NCBI GenBank assembly: GCA_002189035.1
Contig: NEEC01000023.1
Location: 186,001 to 250,000, forward strand
Origin: Utricularia gibba
Taxonomy: Eukaryota > Plantae > Magnoliophyta
Reading direction: 5' to 3'
DNA: 64,000 nt
Shown here: positions 47,637 to 62,100 of the stretch, piece after piece
How the letters are laid out: every line of letters starts with the position of its first letter
Position numbering within the stretch: the stretch's first letter is position 1
Notes under the pieces: model-generated
Told to the model about the DNA's origin: nothing
Database searches by the model: none
Seen by the model: the letters and a program-made list of their open reading frames with translations, nothing else
Made by a program: the position numbers and the translations under genes

Positions 47637-48510
47637 CCAGCCACCAGAAGTATGAAACTTGAGCTGACCCAAAAGGGACTCTGTGACAGAAGAGTTACTA
47701 CCCAAACTGGATCAATAAAGAAGACAAGCGAGCAGCTTACCCTCAAGTGCAGCAGAATGAATGGAACACAGAGGTGGTGTTGCAAGAATAGCAAGAAGGG
47801 AGTTGGGGGCAGTGGACAATGTTGGAACTTGTACACAGGAAAATGAGAGACGTGGGCCTGCAGAAAAAGGCGGTTATTTGGGGAGGAAGCGGAAGAGGAG
47901 GGAGCCTCACTCTACTCATCCTTGAGTTTTCACTTTGGGTAAGTTTTATTTGGCTGGTTCACAATTGCCCCTCCCCACTCTGTCATGTCATATGTGAAGC
48001 AGCATTATCCTCCGAAAAAAATAATATTTTTTTTTATAGTTATTCTAAATTTAAAATCAATTTTTTACCCCCATGTACCTACCTCTAGCAGATCGAAACA
48101 GGTACCTGAGGACTTTTTTTTTTTAATTCAAGCTTTTAATAATTATGTTTCTGGAGAAATACATGTTTTTAATAGACCCATAACCTATAAACCCTCCGAT
48201 TATCGAACAAGATTTGATTTTTTTTCTTATACTATAAGATACGTGGTATTTATCTAAATACAAATAATTAGTTTTTTGTGCGCATGAGGGGGGTAAAGGG
48301 GCAATGCATTATTTTCAACATTTACTAGGAATCGTTTGGGTGGATACGATGAAGAGTGGGATTGAATGGGGAGTTCCGTTTTTGAATGTTGGAGTTGAAT
48401 AATTGGGAGGAAGTGAAGGCGTGCGTTATGGTGAAAGTGGTGAGTTGGTTGGGGGCATTCAAGATGAATGATTCCCATAAAGCATTATGGCATCCACATC
48501 CTCCCATTTA

Positions 48511-48532
48511 ACACACACACACACACACACAC
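48511..48532. repeat. (AC)11 microsatellite
   Basis: Read directly from the sequence. Confidence 0.9.
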
Positions 48533-50239
48533 CGGAGGCCGAGGTGAACCGTAGCAACATGGTTAGGTGGACCCGCCGCGCAAGAACCACCCCACAACAC
48601 ACAACCAAAACGAGAAGTAAACCCCTTATTCAAATTCAGTACATAATAAACGTGAATGATAATAGAAAATATTAGATATAACTGATTACTATTGATATAT
48701 AATTTCTTATATATTTAATTATTTTAATTTCATTCTCTAATATGATATTGTGTATTCTAATACTTCTTCCTGTTTTGATGCAGTTGTCGACCAGGCCTTA
48801 TGGCCAAGTGAGATTGCTTGCTTGGGTTTGGGTCACCCCACCAGGTGGTACAAGGTTTGAAGGGTGGGGAATTAAATGTGGGATGGATGCTGCATTGCAC
48901 TGCCCTCCAAGCTACTTGAGTGAAGGAGGAGGATAGGATTGGAGTAGGTGACCGAGGACCCCCAAAAATCAATACTTTTCTATTCCTTCTGACCCAAGCT
49001 GCAAGGATTCCTTGGTTTGAAATTAAAAACTCGTAGGCCATGCTCGGTATTCATGTAGAGGACTTGTACATATTGAGATTATGTGATATCCTGCCCCGTG
49101 GAAGGATGGAATGGACTTTGATGAATTCCATATCGATTGTGAAAGGAGAATATGATGAGATTAAATAAGTAACTACTATGGAAGATATTTGATAGAAACT
49201 ATTAAGTTAAACGTCTTTAATTCGAGATAATTTCAGAATGAGTGATCATATAAAAATCTCTTAGTCAAAAATAGTAAAAACGTAAAAATTAAATATTCAA
49301 AACGAATAATATCATATAATAAGAGCATTAGTTGCGATAGTTTAGAAATCTTAATTAAACATACGTATATAAATTTATGAAAATCTTCATTTTTTTGAAT
49401 TTAGTATATCAAAACTTTATTACTTCTAATTTTGTATATGTTTTATTAATTAAACATACTACTTCAATACAAAAAATGGATCGAAATTATGTAGAAAATC
49501 AAAAATTTCATCAAGTTTGAAACTTTTCACAAGGGGTATGGGTGGTTACAATATTAAAAAAGGGGGGTATCATATAATTTGGCCATTGACTTAAGGTTGA
49601 GTGGGGGGTGCAATGCAATACAATTATTGTGATTCAATAATAGGACGTACCATTATGAAGAAACCCTTGTACGGCACTACTGCTCCTAGGCCAACGACCC
49701 TACGTCACATAGAATCCACGTACCCAGCAGCCTACCTTTTTCTAAGGCATTGCATACATAAGAAAAAGGCATTTGTTTGTTGGTATTTCTATGGATGGAT
49801 GAGAAAAACATCAATTTAAGTGATGGTATTCTTGGTATAATTCTCGGATAATGTCGGTTAGAAAAACGTAATTTGCGTGACGAAATTATCGGTATGTTGG
49901 ACCTTTCTTGTTAGATTTGACTAATCACTTTTCATAATTGAAATAGTGTATGATTGATTAACTTATAATATAAATCATTTAATTTGATCTTTGCACAATA
50001 TTAAAAAAGGAATATAATCGTTGAACCTAAATTAATCACGATAATGCAAAATCAGGTTTTGAAATTATGAGAATTGTCGAACTTGAAATAGATATGAATC
50101 AAAATCATACAAAATACGTGTATAAGTAATCTTTAATTTGCATTTGGAGTTTTACGATTGAAAGTGCAAATTCAATCAAGATTAAGATATGCCACTTGCT
50201 GTAAGAAAAAAAAAGAATAAATAAATCGAATTATTAGCC

Positions 50240-50290
50240 GTTGGGCCGAATTCAATATGGGCCACGCTTCGTGATGCCCAATGGGCTTCA
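50240..50290. promoter_or_regulatory. Site II motif cluster in the SOSEKI-SCPL intergenic region
   Basis: tgggcc twice, gcccaatgggct. Confidence 0.35.
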
Positions 50291-51999
50291 CGTAACATGC
50301 ATGCGAGCTATTATTTTACGATTAATCTGATTTTTTTTATATTTTTAAAATATATACATAAAAAATAATCTGAAAATTTTTTTAGTCATATGCACATTTA
50401 TCTTCTTTTTCAAATTTTCTACATTTATCTTTGTACTACTTGATTTGGTCATTTATCTATTCGGTTTGTTCGAGTTTTAAATTCAAATTTGATGCAAATA
50501 TATTTGAATCATACGTCAAATTTTATACGAAACTTCGACAATCAAATTGATAGTAAGATTCATCGTCTAGTACATACAAATTCATATTTCCACAGCTCGA
50601 TCTGGGTATTTCTCGATTCGGACACTGTTATATTGATGATTTCGTTATAACCCAAACTATTAGTTCCAATTGTATTGGATGTAAGCTTTATTTTTTGTAT
50701 GAGGGGTGGAGTGGATTGCTGAATGTGGCATCCGGACAGGTCACAGTCGCAGTTGGTAGCGTGTGGTCCCACGCCCCATTTTTTGTAGGTTTAATGGACA
50801 GAGTTAGTTGTGAAAATACCCAAATAATACAATACAAAAGTTGTGTAGACGTGAACAAGAAAAGAAAGGGGGGATAGATCGGGGACAAACCAAACCCCAT
50901 TCGCCTTCAATTCATTAATTAATTATTTATTTTTATTTATATTTTAATTCTAGAATCCCTTTTGACTAGTGGTCGTCATTATTGGACTCCATTCTTCATT
51001 CCTTTTACTACAATCAATTATACCCTTATTTTTGGGTCTCTTAAACGTGACGGCATTTAGAAATTTGGTCATCCCCAATGTTTTTGTACGTGTGAAAAAT
51101 CTGATCACCCATAATGTATTTTTTTTATTTATTTTAACGTGTAAGAAAATGTACGAATAATTAGATTTGTTAAGAATCTATTAAACATCCCTTATTATTG
51201 ATACTCAAATTTATAGTAAGTTTATTTTCAACCAAATAATTTAATAATATGGTGAAGTTTACATTGTCACGCTTAGTTACATTGAATATAAAGAATTTAA
51301 CCTCAAAGTTTACAGTCACTTTTTTTATAAATACTTTACCCTAAATTTATTAAATTATATATTTATTTTTTTATGTTATTAAAGTTAATTAATTTTGATT
51401 CTAAAACTATTATAATGATACATCATATGTGATATAAACGTGATATAATCATTATTATTTTGAATCATACAAGACATGAAAAAGATATAATTGTAATAGT
51501 ATTATCATTTGATTTACTAAACTCTAGACACGAATATAAAAAATGTTTGATATGAAATTTTGTTAAGTTTGAGAATATAATTGATTTAAAAAATTTCTCA
51601 TTTTCTACATTAAGAACGGCTATAAATTTGCATAAAGAGGTGAGAGACCAAATGGGAAAATTTGTGATGGTATTTCTATTTTCTTAAAAGCTTTACAAAA
51701 GAGGAATTTTTAATTCTCTGTAACGTAAAGAAAATTCCAAATCTAATCGGTACGGCGCACCCGTCTCTGGATACTTAAATACCAGTGTCGTTGTGGTGGG
51801 GAAAAAGGGCCTGAATCTACCTACACCTTAGAGTGAGGCCATCCCCTCCGGAGCTTTTCCTCTCCCTTCACTCCAAACACGCCCCCCAGCGAAGCGTCTC
51901 CTAGCAGCCTTCACGTCTACATACAGACCCACACTGCATCTATCTGTATATATGCTGCATATGTGTGTGTGCTCGCATTTTCTGAACAAAAAGCCAAAA

Positions 52000-54147
52000 A
52001 TGGAGTCATCACCTCGTGTGTCCTTTCATCGCTGTCCATGGCTTGTCCTCTTGTTCCTCATTGTTCCTGTCCGTGGGGCTTCTGGGGCTAGAGATGGTGC
52101 TTCTTTTAACCTGAAGGCGGAAGGTGAGAAGATGATCAGGGAGTTGAACTTGTTCCCGAAGCACAGAGTTAACCGCCATGAAGATGATCATCAGTATTAT
52201 TCTGCTGGTGCGTCGAGGGTAGTCGAGAAGCGGATTAGAATTCCCGTACTTGGAGAATCTGGGGCTTCTGTTCCGGACCTGGGGCACCATGCTGGCTATT
52301 ACAGACTGCCGCATACCAAGGATGCAAGGTTCTTCCTTCTTATGGGTGATTTTAATCACTGCGGTTGCCTGTTTTTTCTGATGTCTGCCGTACCCACTGC
52401 AGAATGTTCTATTTCTTCTTCGAATCGAGGAATAGCTCGAGTGATCCTGTGGTGATATGGCTATCCGGAGGGCCAGGATGCGGCAGTGAGTTAGCTCTGT
52501 TTTATGAAAATGGCCCCTTCCACATTACAAGCAATCTCTCCTTAGCTTGGAACGATTTTGGATGGGATAAGGTACATCCAAAACACCATTTTGGTTCTCC
52601 TGTTTCCTGCAAGATAGATAGATGTCAGGATTCAATCAGTGGAAATATAGGTGTCCAATCTTATCTACGTTGATCAGCCGACTGGGACGGGGTTCAGCTA
52701 TAGTTCAGATGATGATGATCTCAGGCACAACGAGGACGGTGTCAGTGGTGATCTGTATGACTTCTTGCAGGTTAGTTACTTCCTAGAGATGCAACATGAA
52801 CCTACGGAGACAAAAGCTGGTCCATGTTGTTGGTGTAATAACTCAATTGTCTGCAATAAAAACAGGCCTTCTTCAAGGAGCATCCGGAGTTTGCAAAAAA
52901 TGATTTTTATATAACGGGAGAATCATATGCTGGTCATTACATTCCTGCTCTTGCTTCAAGAGTAAATCAGAGGAACAAGAACAAAGAGGGGATTCCCATT
53001 AATCTAAAGGCATGCATTCTTCCTGATTTCAGTCTTCATTATTCACTCCCTCCACAGTCAATGCAAACAAAAAACTTGCTGTTATGCAGGGATTTGCCAT
53101 TGGAAATGGGCTTACAGACCCGGAAATCCAATACAGTGCCTACACTGACTATGCTCTTGACATGAAACTCATTCAACAATCTGATCATGACAGCATGAGG
53201 GATCTAGTTTCAAACTGCCAGCAATCAATCAAGCAATGCGGTACACATATTACATGTTTCATTTCAAAAATATGGGGAGAGACCCACAACGCACATTCAA
53301 TTCACAATAACAAGATGCAATGAAATAATAGACTACCATATCAATTCTTCTAGCCTTTTTAATGGTGGTCACAAATAACCAGAATCCGAGAGTGATGGGT
53401 CTTCTTGCACGGATGCTTACCAGGTCTGCAACGGCATATTCCACCAAATAGTTGATATTGCGAGCGGCGTAAACGTAAGAGAAGCTCAAGCACTTGACTT
53501 TATTTCAAAGCAAGCCAATACACAAACAGAATTCTTACTTACATCTCATGATGCAGTATTACGATGTGAGAAAACGATGCCAGGGAAGCCTCTGCTACAA
53601 CTTCTCCAACGTGGAGAACCTTCTCAACCAGAACACGGTGAGGCGAGCCCTCGGCGTTGGGGACATTGAATTTGTCTCATGTAGCAACACCGTGTACGAA
53701 GCCATGGTAACCGACTGGATGAGGAACTTCGAAACTGGGATTCCGGCCCTTCTCGAGGAAGGAATCAGAGTGCTCATCTACGCCGGAGAATACGATCTCG
53801 TCTGCAATTGGCTAGGTAAAATTCTGTTGGCCCTTTCGTCGAACACTTTGTGGCCATAAATGCACTCTTCAGTTGCTGAAATCGAAACAGGAAATTCGAG
53901 ATGGGTTCACGAAATGGAATGGTCTGGGAAGGAGGCGTTTGCGGCGGCGGCGACTACTCCGTTCATCGTCAATGGCCAACAAGCGGGATTGCAGAAAGGC
54001 CAGGGCCCCTTGGCGTTCGTGAGGATCCACAATGCTGGGCATTTGGTTCCGATGGATCAGCCCACGGCGGCGCTGGGAATGCTGAGAAGCTGGATCCAAG
54101 GGAATTTTCCGTTGATCGGAAATAGAATTGGATTTTCGAATTCATAA
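52000..54147 (+). CDS. Serine carboxypeptidase-like, clade IV (SCPL48/49-like), multi-exon
   Basis: LGHHAGYYRLPH, VVIWLSGGPGC, YVDQPTGTGFS, and the catalytic triad GESYAGHY / AGEYDLVCNWLG / AGHLVPMDQP. One intron (53009-53089) is GC-AG. Confidence 0.92.
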
Positions 54148-54378
54148 TTATAAATAAGTTTGATTATATCCAATCAAAATTTCCCATCGAAATTGTGATT
54201 TATTTTTATTATTAAATTAACGATCTACAAGCCAGTTCGATTCGACCATCTTCTACCTTTCCAAGGTTCTAGGTTCGTCTAGAATCTCCCGCTAACCAGG
54301 GCATCTGCTATATTTTCCCAAGGGTTTTCCGATCTCCGGCCATCGAAGCTGAGAAGGCGAGACGAAATAGGGCCGGAA

Positions 54379-55698
54379 ATGAACAGGGGAAGAGGAGGGA
54401 TGTTGGGGTTTCTCCTATTGAAGGTCATCACCGAATATTCAAGCCTCCAGAGAAAACCGCCTGTCACGGCGGCGCTTATAGCAGTAAATACGCTTATTTA
54501 CTTGCGTCCCAGTTTCTTGCACCCTTTTCTACCCAGAATCGATAGGATCTTGTTAAATCCCCATCTCATTCTCAAGGTACGCGGCCCCAACTTGAGCTTG
54601 TCCTTGCCTTGATTCCTTGGCATCTTCCAATCCGCCATTTTTTAATGTCATCTCTTGTGAATTAAATAATTTGGTTTGCGTTTAATTTTCCGGAATCAGT
54701 GGCTTGTATTATTGAAGAACCAGTCTTTGATCATAAACATCACTTTTTCCCATTTTGTAGACACTTTATTGTCATAGCTTCTGCTTGATCATGCTTGCTC
54801 GAATTTTCTCATTCACTCTATTCATATACATCAATGTAGCGGCTAACATTCATAACCATGATTTTTTATGGGTACTGTCATTCTATGCATGGTTGCGATA
54901 GACTAACATGGGCCTGCATTTTGTGTTGAACTTGCAACAGCACAAGGATCTGAAACGGTTTTTATTGCCTGCATTCTATCACCTAAGCGAACCACACCTC
55001 GTGTACAATATGTTGTCACTATTATGGAAAGGTGTGCAACTAGAGAGTGCATTTGGAAGCATTGAATTTGCAAAGATGGTGTCTGCTCTGGCTATCATGT
55101 CTCCGGGGATGCATTTACTGCTTGCAAAGGGGCTGCTGAGTTTGGGCTATTACAAAGTTTATTACAATGAGTTTTCAGCCGGATTTTCTGGTGTTCTTTT
55201 TGCCATGAAAGTAGTTCTGAATTCCCAGTCAGATGATTACACATATGTGCAAGGTTTCCCAATGCCTTCACGATATGCTGCCTGGGCAGAACTAGTGATC
55301 ATCCAAATGTTCGAGCCTCGTGTCTCATTTCTAGGCCACCTTGGAGGGATACTAGCAGGGCTTCTGTACATACAAATGAATGCTACAAGCCCCCGTCCCG
55401 GCCCTTAACGTGGATTGTAAAGGGCCTCACCGGTTTTCTCCGGTGGCCTCTGAGAGTTGCTTCTGGGTTGTTTAGACCTTCCCAGGGGCGAAGTTTCGGT
55501 AGAGGGCGTTTAGATGGCAGCGCAGGGGGGAGGATACGTGAAGTATGGAGCTGTGGGGCGTGCACATATGACAACTCCGGTGGATACAATGCCTGCGAGA
55601 TGTGTGGGACGAGCCGCGCCGGCGGTGCTTCATCCAGCTCGGAAGTAGTCCCAGATGAGGAATTGCGGCGTCTCCGGCTTAGGAGATTTGGAAGATGA
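54379..55698 (+). CDS. RBL14: Rhomboid-like protease RBL14 with C-terminal RanBP2-type zinc finger; -1 frameshift at ~55390-55394
   Basis: KPPVTAALIAVNTLIYL, catalytic GFSGVLF and FLGHLGGILAG. The WSCGACTYDNSGGYNACEMC finger is in another frame; adding one C to the C5 run gives a continuous frame. Confidence 0.85.
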
Positions 55699-56178
55699 TC
55701 AGAAACACAACACTTTTTTTTTTCCTTTTTTTGTTTTCCTCCACCGTTGTGTTTATATATAGTATTAAATTTTAATATTAAAATTTACGAAAATGAGAAA
55801 TGAAATTTATCTTATGATAAAAGTAAAATAAATAACGATAATTTTGAATATTTTAAATGAGGAAAGAATGGAGAAAGAACGTCATCTCTGAGGCACGCGC
55901 TGAGTGCTAACGTGCGCCGGCATCCTGAGCCTTCACCAAATCACATACCATTCGAGTGCTCTGTGACATAAACCGAGTCAAGAATCCGGAAATTTGTTCT
56001 CCGGAGAAAGATTACAACTGCACTACGTATTCACGCGCTTCGGCCTGCGCGTAGGCCCACTTGGCGGGAGAAAGGTCCAATTGCCGCGTTGCCGCTCCGA
56101 TACCCCCCAAGTTTGATCCTATTTTGCGCCGGCGACCGGAATTCAGAAGCCGATGGAGTGATTAGGGTTAAGAGAAAG

Positions 56179-59100
56179 ATGGGAGAAGACAATTTACAAT
56201 CCGAATTATCTACCCTGGCATTGAACGATTCCTACGATGTTCAAGGTGCTGATAGGCTGCTGCAAGTTGAAAAAGCCGTCGACGCTGCTCACGCAACTAT
56301 CGTTCAGCAGGTTCAATCAGTTCTTCTGCAGTTTTGTTTCTAGTCAAAATTACTTCTTTGTTACTACAATTGAACAACATGCTTACCTGCGTGCGAAACT
56401 TGTATTTTTTTTTTGTCACCGATTGCTGTTTCAAATCATTTGAAAACCTTGAGTGCTATTTCAGGCCCATATTTTAGAAATAAAGCATGTTCAGCCTTAT
56501 TTATATATGCGGGAATTATTTAAGTGACCCAATGTAGGTTGGGCTATGTGGGTTACAAACACTATGAAAGGATCCAATATGCTCTGAATTTATGCTTTTT
56601 ATGTGGTAGTTTCACTATAAAAGACTTATCAGTTACGAGCATATCTTGCATTTGATTTAGCGCAAGAGATGTTGTTTCCGTAGATTGGATGCATTCATGA
56701 AGTATATACATCATCGTTAAATTTATTTTTTGGACTGATTGATAGTATACAGAAATTGAGTAGATTATATGCATTTATTAGTGTTATGACTATATTTTTA
56801 TATCTAAAGTTGGCAGAGAACAATCGTTTGCGAATTGAACTTCAGAGAAAAAATGAAGAGCTTAGGAAATATGTAAGAGCCTCTCCCCTTTATGCTTGAA
56901 AATATTACGTTTTAGTCACCATTTTCAGAATAGCTATGCTGTATTTCTCTGAAGTATTTCTACGGATAGCTGTTTGAAAGTTGGTGATTGTCTAGTTATC
57001 TGTGTGTTTAGATCCCATTTTCTTGTCCAGTTTACGTTTACCCTGAGGTTTCCACTCTAATACTTTAATACAATGCAATAATTCTGAATCTGGTTGGGTT
57101 TAAATTTTCGATGTAAAAGTCAAATTGTTGACATTCACTTGGCATCCACTCCTATACCTTGCCTCAGAATCTCAGTGTTAATTTTGGGATTAACTCTCCA
57201 GAGTTGCTGCTAAGTTAAGGATTCATTATGATGCATGCTTCTTTGTCTTGATTAACTTTTTTTTTTTTTTTTTTACATTTGCACTGCAGAAATTAGGTTA
57301 TGCGAATGATCACAGTCCGCTCCCAGATGATATGTGCAATGAACAAGAAAATAAAACTTGTGTAAATGATCAGATGGTATTGCATTCAGAAAATCAGATA
57401 TGTGGTAATGGAAATGTGGATACTGGACCGCGTTTGTCAGATTTTGTTTATCAAAACAATGTCATGAAGAGGAATGAAAACTGGGCGATTGGAACTGCAG
57501 TAGAAAACCAAATTGGTAACAGTGTCAACGGATCATTGAACATGATTCCTGACCATCAGATAGATGCAGATAAAGCTGGAGTGTCATATCTTCCTGGTAC
57601 ATTGTCTATTTCTGCCAGGTATCTTATATGGCTATTAATTATTTTTTCTGGAAATTCATAGGAGGTTTCATGTGTAACCTTCTGTTTGCAAATGATTTTC
57701 TGAAGTAGATTATCTTTTTATAGGTTTTTTGTCCTAGCAATCACCTAGATGAAATCCTAACTAAAATTCATTAGGAAAGTTTAATTACTAAGACATACTA
57801 GTTTTTGTGATACATTTATTTGAATATTCTTTGTGAGAAAAAATGGTTAGCTCTTTTGTCGGTTGGTTTACAGATATAATGAATTCAATTCAGACTCCGA
57901 GTTTAGGAATCCTGGGGTGGTGTCAGTTTCAACAGCTGAAGGCAGTGACAGGCTTATTGCAAAGCAGGTAGCTACTTAACACCAAAAAAGTTTACAAAGA
58001 ATATTTACCCATTAAGTAAGGGGAAACCTAAGGCTGTCATCTGCACTTCTTCTGTCATTTGTTTCTAGGATATCCTACAGAAAAACCGTGAACAGGAAAT
58101 GGAGATTTTACAGTTGAAGAATTACCTGGCAGAATACTCATTAAAGGTAGCAAGTAATTATGGGGGAGAAGGGTAACAGTTTTATTGTAGCTTGGTACTC
58201 CGTATATTTGCATGCTTATGTGTCTCATATCTTGTCTTGGTTTTGTTTTTCTTGGATAGGAAGCCAAATTGTGCAAGGAGACACAGGATCTGGAGAAAAA
58301 TATATCTCATATGCACCTGGTAAATAATGCTGGCCATTCACGTTTTCCTAGTCTTTTGTAAAACTTCACTTGGTTGATATTTCCCTGTATTTGATTTATA
58401 TAAGGTCTTTAATCAGCAACAGCAGGATCTTTCATTTTCTGTGTCTAAAGCGAATTCTTACAAGCAAGACATAATGGAAGAGAATGTGCGGCTCAGTTAT
58501 GCATTACAGGTAATATTTACTTGCATGGATGCAGACTTTGATGCCCTTTGACATGACAGTTTTTGTTCTGAATGCGTGGTCTCAATCTCTTTGTTTCTTA
58601 TAGTGATGGTATTTAGTTGCATATTGTTATTATTATTTTTTCCTCTGATGTGTGTCAGCACTTCCTATGGCCGTACTCTGGAAATCTTGTACATCATTTT
58701 ACAATGTCATGAAGTAGAAGTAACTTGTTGTCTTTCTTCGCATGCCACCGATATCTGAAACTTGTCATATTTCCTTATTCCAGGCTGCCAAGGAAGAGGA
58801 ATCAAGATTTGTGGAGTTCCTGATCTCCCTTCTTGCAAAAAACGGTATTGAGATTCGTGTTGCTGATGCCCAATCCATTGTCAGCAGTGTCAAGGTCTGT
58901 TGGCATTGGTTGAGATCCATTCATTTTGTATGCATAATACTTTTTGCCCCTAGCTTTTAAAAGTCCTCATGCTCACTTGTTTGAAATGCAGTGCGGTTTT
59001 ACCTATTTTACATTAATATTTTCATGCTGTAGGTTTTGTTCCGACATTTGCAAGAGCAGCTTCGTTCCTCTCAGGTATGCTATGGTGGTTTAAATCACTT

Positions 59101-62100
59101 TCTAACTGCGAAGGGGGTGGTATTATGTTCAGGAATGACAATGCATTTTGCATGCTTCTGTCTTTTGAACTATTTGTACAGGACAAGCTAAAAGAAATGG
59201 AATACCAACTGGCACCTTGGCAGTTGGAGGTAAATACAACATTTTGAATGCGTCATTTTTCCTAATTTATTTTTCCTATCATGTTGCATTTCTCTGTAAG
59301 AAGTTGATTGGGGTGCTTCTTGCTATCCTCAACCCATCAGTTGTCCTTAAACTCTTGACCTATATGGCCAGAAAAAAAATGGGCTGGAGTTGGTTCCACA
59401 GCCGTTATATTCTGGCAGTAAGATGCCCAATTCACCTCAGCATATGGGAATTATTGAAGATGCTGTCGTTTTCCCTCAGACTGAACTGGATGATCTTGGT
59501 AGGAATTCATCCCCTACTGGCAGGCAAGTGGGTCATCTCTAAATAGCAACTCCTTTTTGGAAGGGCTAAATAGGAATCGTTGACTGTGTTTTCATCTGAA
59601 ATTTTGTGCCTTTTAATTTCTTTCCGAAATTCTTAAAATGTCATACTGTAATGACACTCCTCTAAGGTGACTCTATCATGATTCACATTGGAGTTGCATG
59701 ATTATCAAGCTATTATTTTTCCAACAATTATGCATGCTCCAAAATCCCTTCGGTGGTGTTATGGTCTCCTGATGGTTAAGGGGATTTATGACAACTAATT
59801 ATCTTGCAGTTGTAGTGCACTATTGAATTCGTCTTTTAAAGTTTATGTATACCTATCATTTTTTTTTTTTTTTTTTTTGAAATTTACTTTTCCCTGGTGG
59901 GCTACGTGTAGATTTATGATAACATTAATTCTTTTTTGTATTGCCAAATTCCTGTTTTGGATATCAGGTGTGCATACTTGATAAGTTTCTCAATCACATA
60001 GTGGAAAGCTATATTTTTGGGTCGCTGTTTCTGACACTGGTCATTTTGAAGATAAATTTTCAGTGAAAAATTAATTACTTTAGTTTGTATATTTCTTAAA
60101 AAGTAAATTGAATTGTAGTTGGAATACATGACGGATTTACTGGGATCCAGCAATTGGTACTTTATTCTCACATTTGTTGAACTCTGGCCATTAATTAGCA
60201 CCTGTTCCACCTTACATTTAGTCTGAATGTTTTCCACTGTTACCCATGTACGTAAAAACATATGAATGAAGTAGTCAAACATTTGATCTGCTAAGGATTT
60301 ATTTTTAATAATCTCAAAAATTACTGGTTGCTGTTCTTTATTTTAGAGTTATCTTTCATTTTTTAGGAACATTGCATCCGATAATGTGTTTTCACCAGAT
60401 GCATACCTCGTTCCAAAGGATGAGGGGCCAGGTAGTAGAAAAGTCACATTTGAGGACAGTGTTAGCAGGGAGTTGGATGAACCTGAAAGTAGAGGAAACC
60501 AGGATGGTAGAGAGCCTTCAATTAGTCGAAACTCGAAACATGCATCTGGAATTCTTGATGATCCAAAGTCCTACCCCCTTCACTTCCAACAGTTCTGGAG
60601 GAGCCTTCGTCCTCATTTTCAGAGGGTTGATTTTTTACTTGCATTTTTTTGAATTATATCTCCATCCATCTCAGTTTTCCGAGTTTAAAATACATAACCA
60701 GCTGCAGAAGATGATCCACTGCCTGCAATAGAGGGCCTCCAAATATTAGGGAAACCATGTCCTGGGGAGGAACTCCATGCATGTGGTTACTCTGTACATG
60801 GCACAACCAGTTGTAACTTTGAGGTTTGCTAGAATAGATTTTATATATTGAGTCATTTAGTTTTGAATTCCTTTGGGTTTTGTGTAGGTAATTGCCTCGG
60901 TTAGTTATAGCTAATGCCTTCTTTTTTTTTGAGTACAGTGGGTAAGGCATTTGGAGGATGGATCCTTCAATTATATTAATGGTACATGCTTACAATACCT
61001 CCAGTTTAATTGCTCAGCTATTTTTTCTGCCAATGCTCATTTGTTCTGGCTATGTTTTGATTGAAGGGGCTAAGAGACCAACATATCTTGTTACCGCAGA
61101 TGATGTTGACACATACCTGGCTATTGAAGTACAGCCATTAGATAATAGAAAGCGTAAGGTACTCTGAGTGTACAAGTTTAAACTTTTCTGTAACGAATGA
61201 TACTGTTGATGGGAGTACTATGCCAATTGTAATTAGCGAAAGCTGAATGTTGCCAGAGAAATTTTGCGTGCCATGCAAGACTTAGTTTTTTTTACAATCA
61301 AATAATGGAAGCGAACAAACTTCAATGTGGTTGAGTTGAATCTATTAAATAGATGATCATCAAAATGCTGCAGTCTGGTGATAAAATCTGAAATTCATCA
61401 CAAGTCTTTTCTGCCCTGAGAAGAAGTTTGAAAAATGTTTCAGAGGTTATTTATTGCCAATAATCATTTGCTAAATTTTTCCATTAAAGATTCGTTGTTG
61501 TTTTTTAGTTGCATCTGGTAGCTACAATGCTGATGCAACTTTAAACGCGAAATGGTTGATATTGATGTAGCACTCCTGAAAATTGTCCAAATGATATTTT
61601 CATTTCTCAGGATTCTCTTTGTTTGTGTTTCAGGGTGAACTTGTGAAGGTCTTTGCCAATGACCATAGGAAAATTCCTTGTGGTAATGGATGATGCTTTA
61701 TATCGTCTAACAGTTGCAGAACTTTAGTTTACTGTTGCGTTTTCATGGATCTTTCTTCCTTCTGCAAACTCTTTTATCATGGTTAAAGAATTTCCATGCC
61801 TCTGTATGCATAAAAGTAATATTATAAAATTGGTGTACTTCTAGAAGTGTTAACTCAAATTTCCCAGCTATTCCACAAATTCTCTTTCATAACTGTAGCA
61901 TGAGCTTGAGCATATTATAAATCTTCATTAATTTTTTTTTTCGATTATGTGAGGTGCCTTATAATCGCTTAGTATTATTATATTATTAGCAACTGTTTTT
62001 TTTTTGTCGTATACATATATTAAAAGACTTTCTCTAACTTTGCAGCAAAAAGTTGTGTATTTGACTGTTTTTCACCTTGGTTCATTTTTTCATATGTATT

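Noticed and set aside
48780-48960. Partial hairpin and 9-nt matches to miR398/miR408; 10-nt match to miR396 near 50590
   Set aside because: Matches are far too short and there is no extended miRNA/miRNA* duplex.
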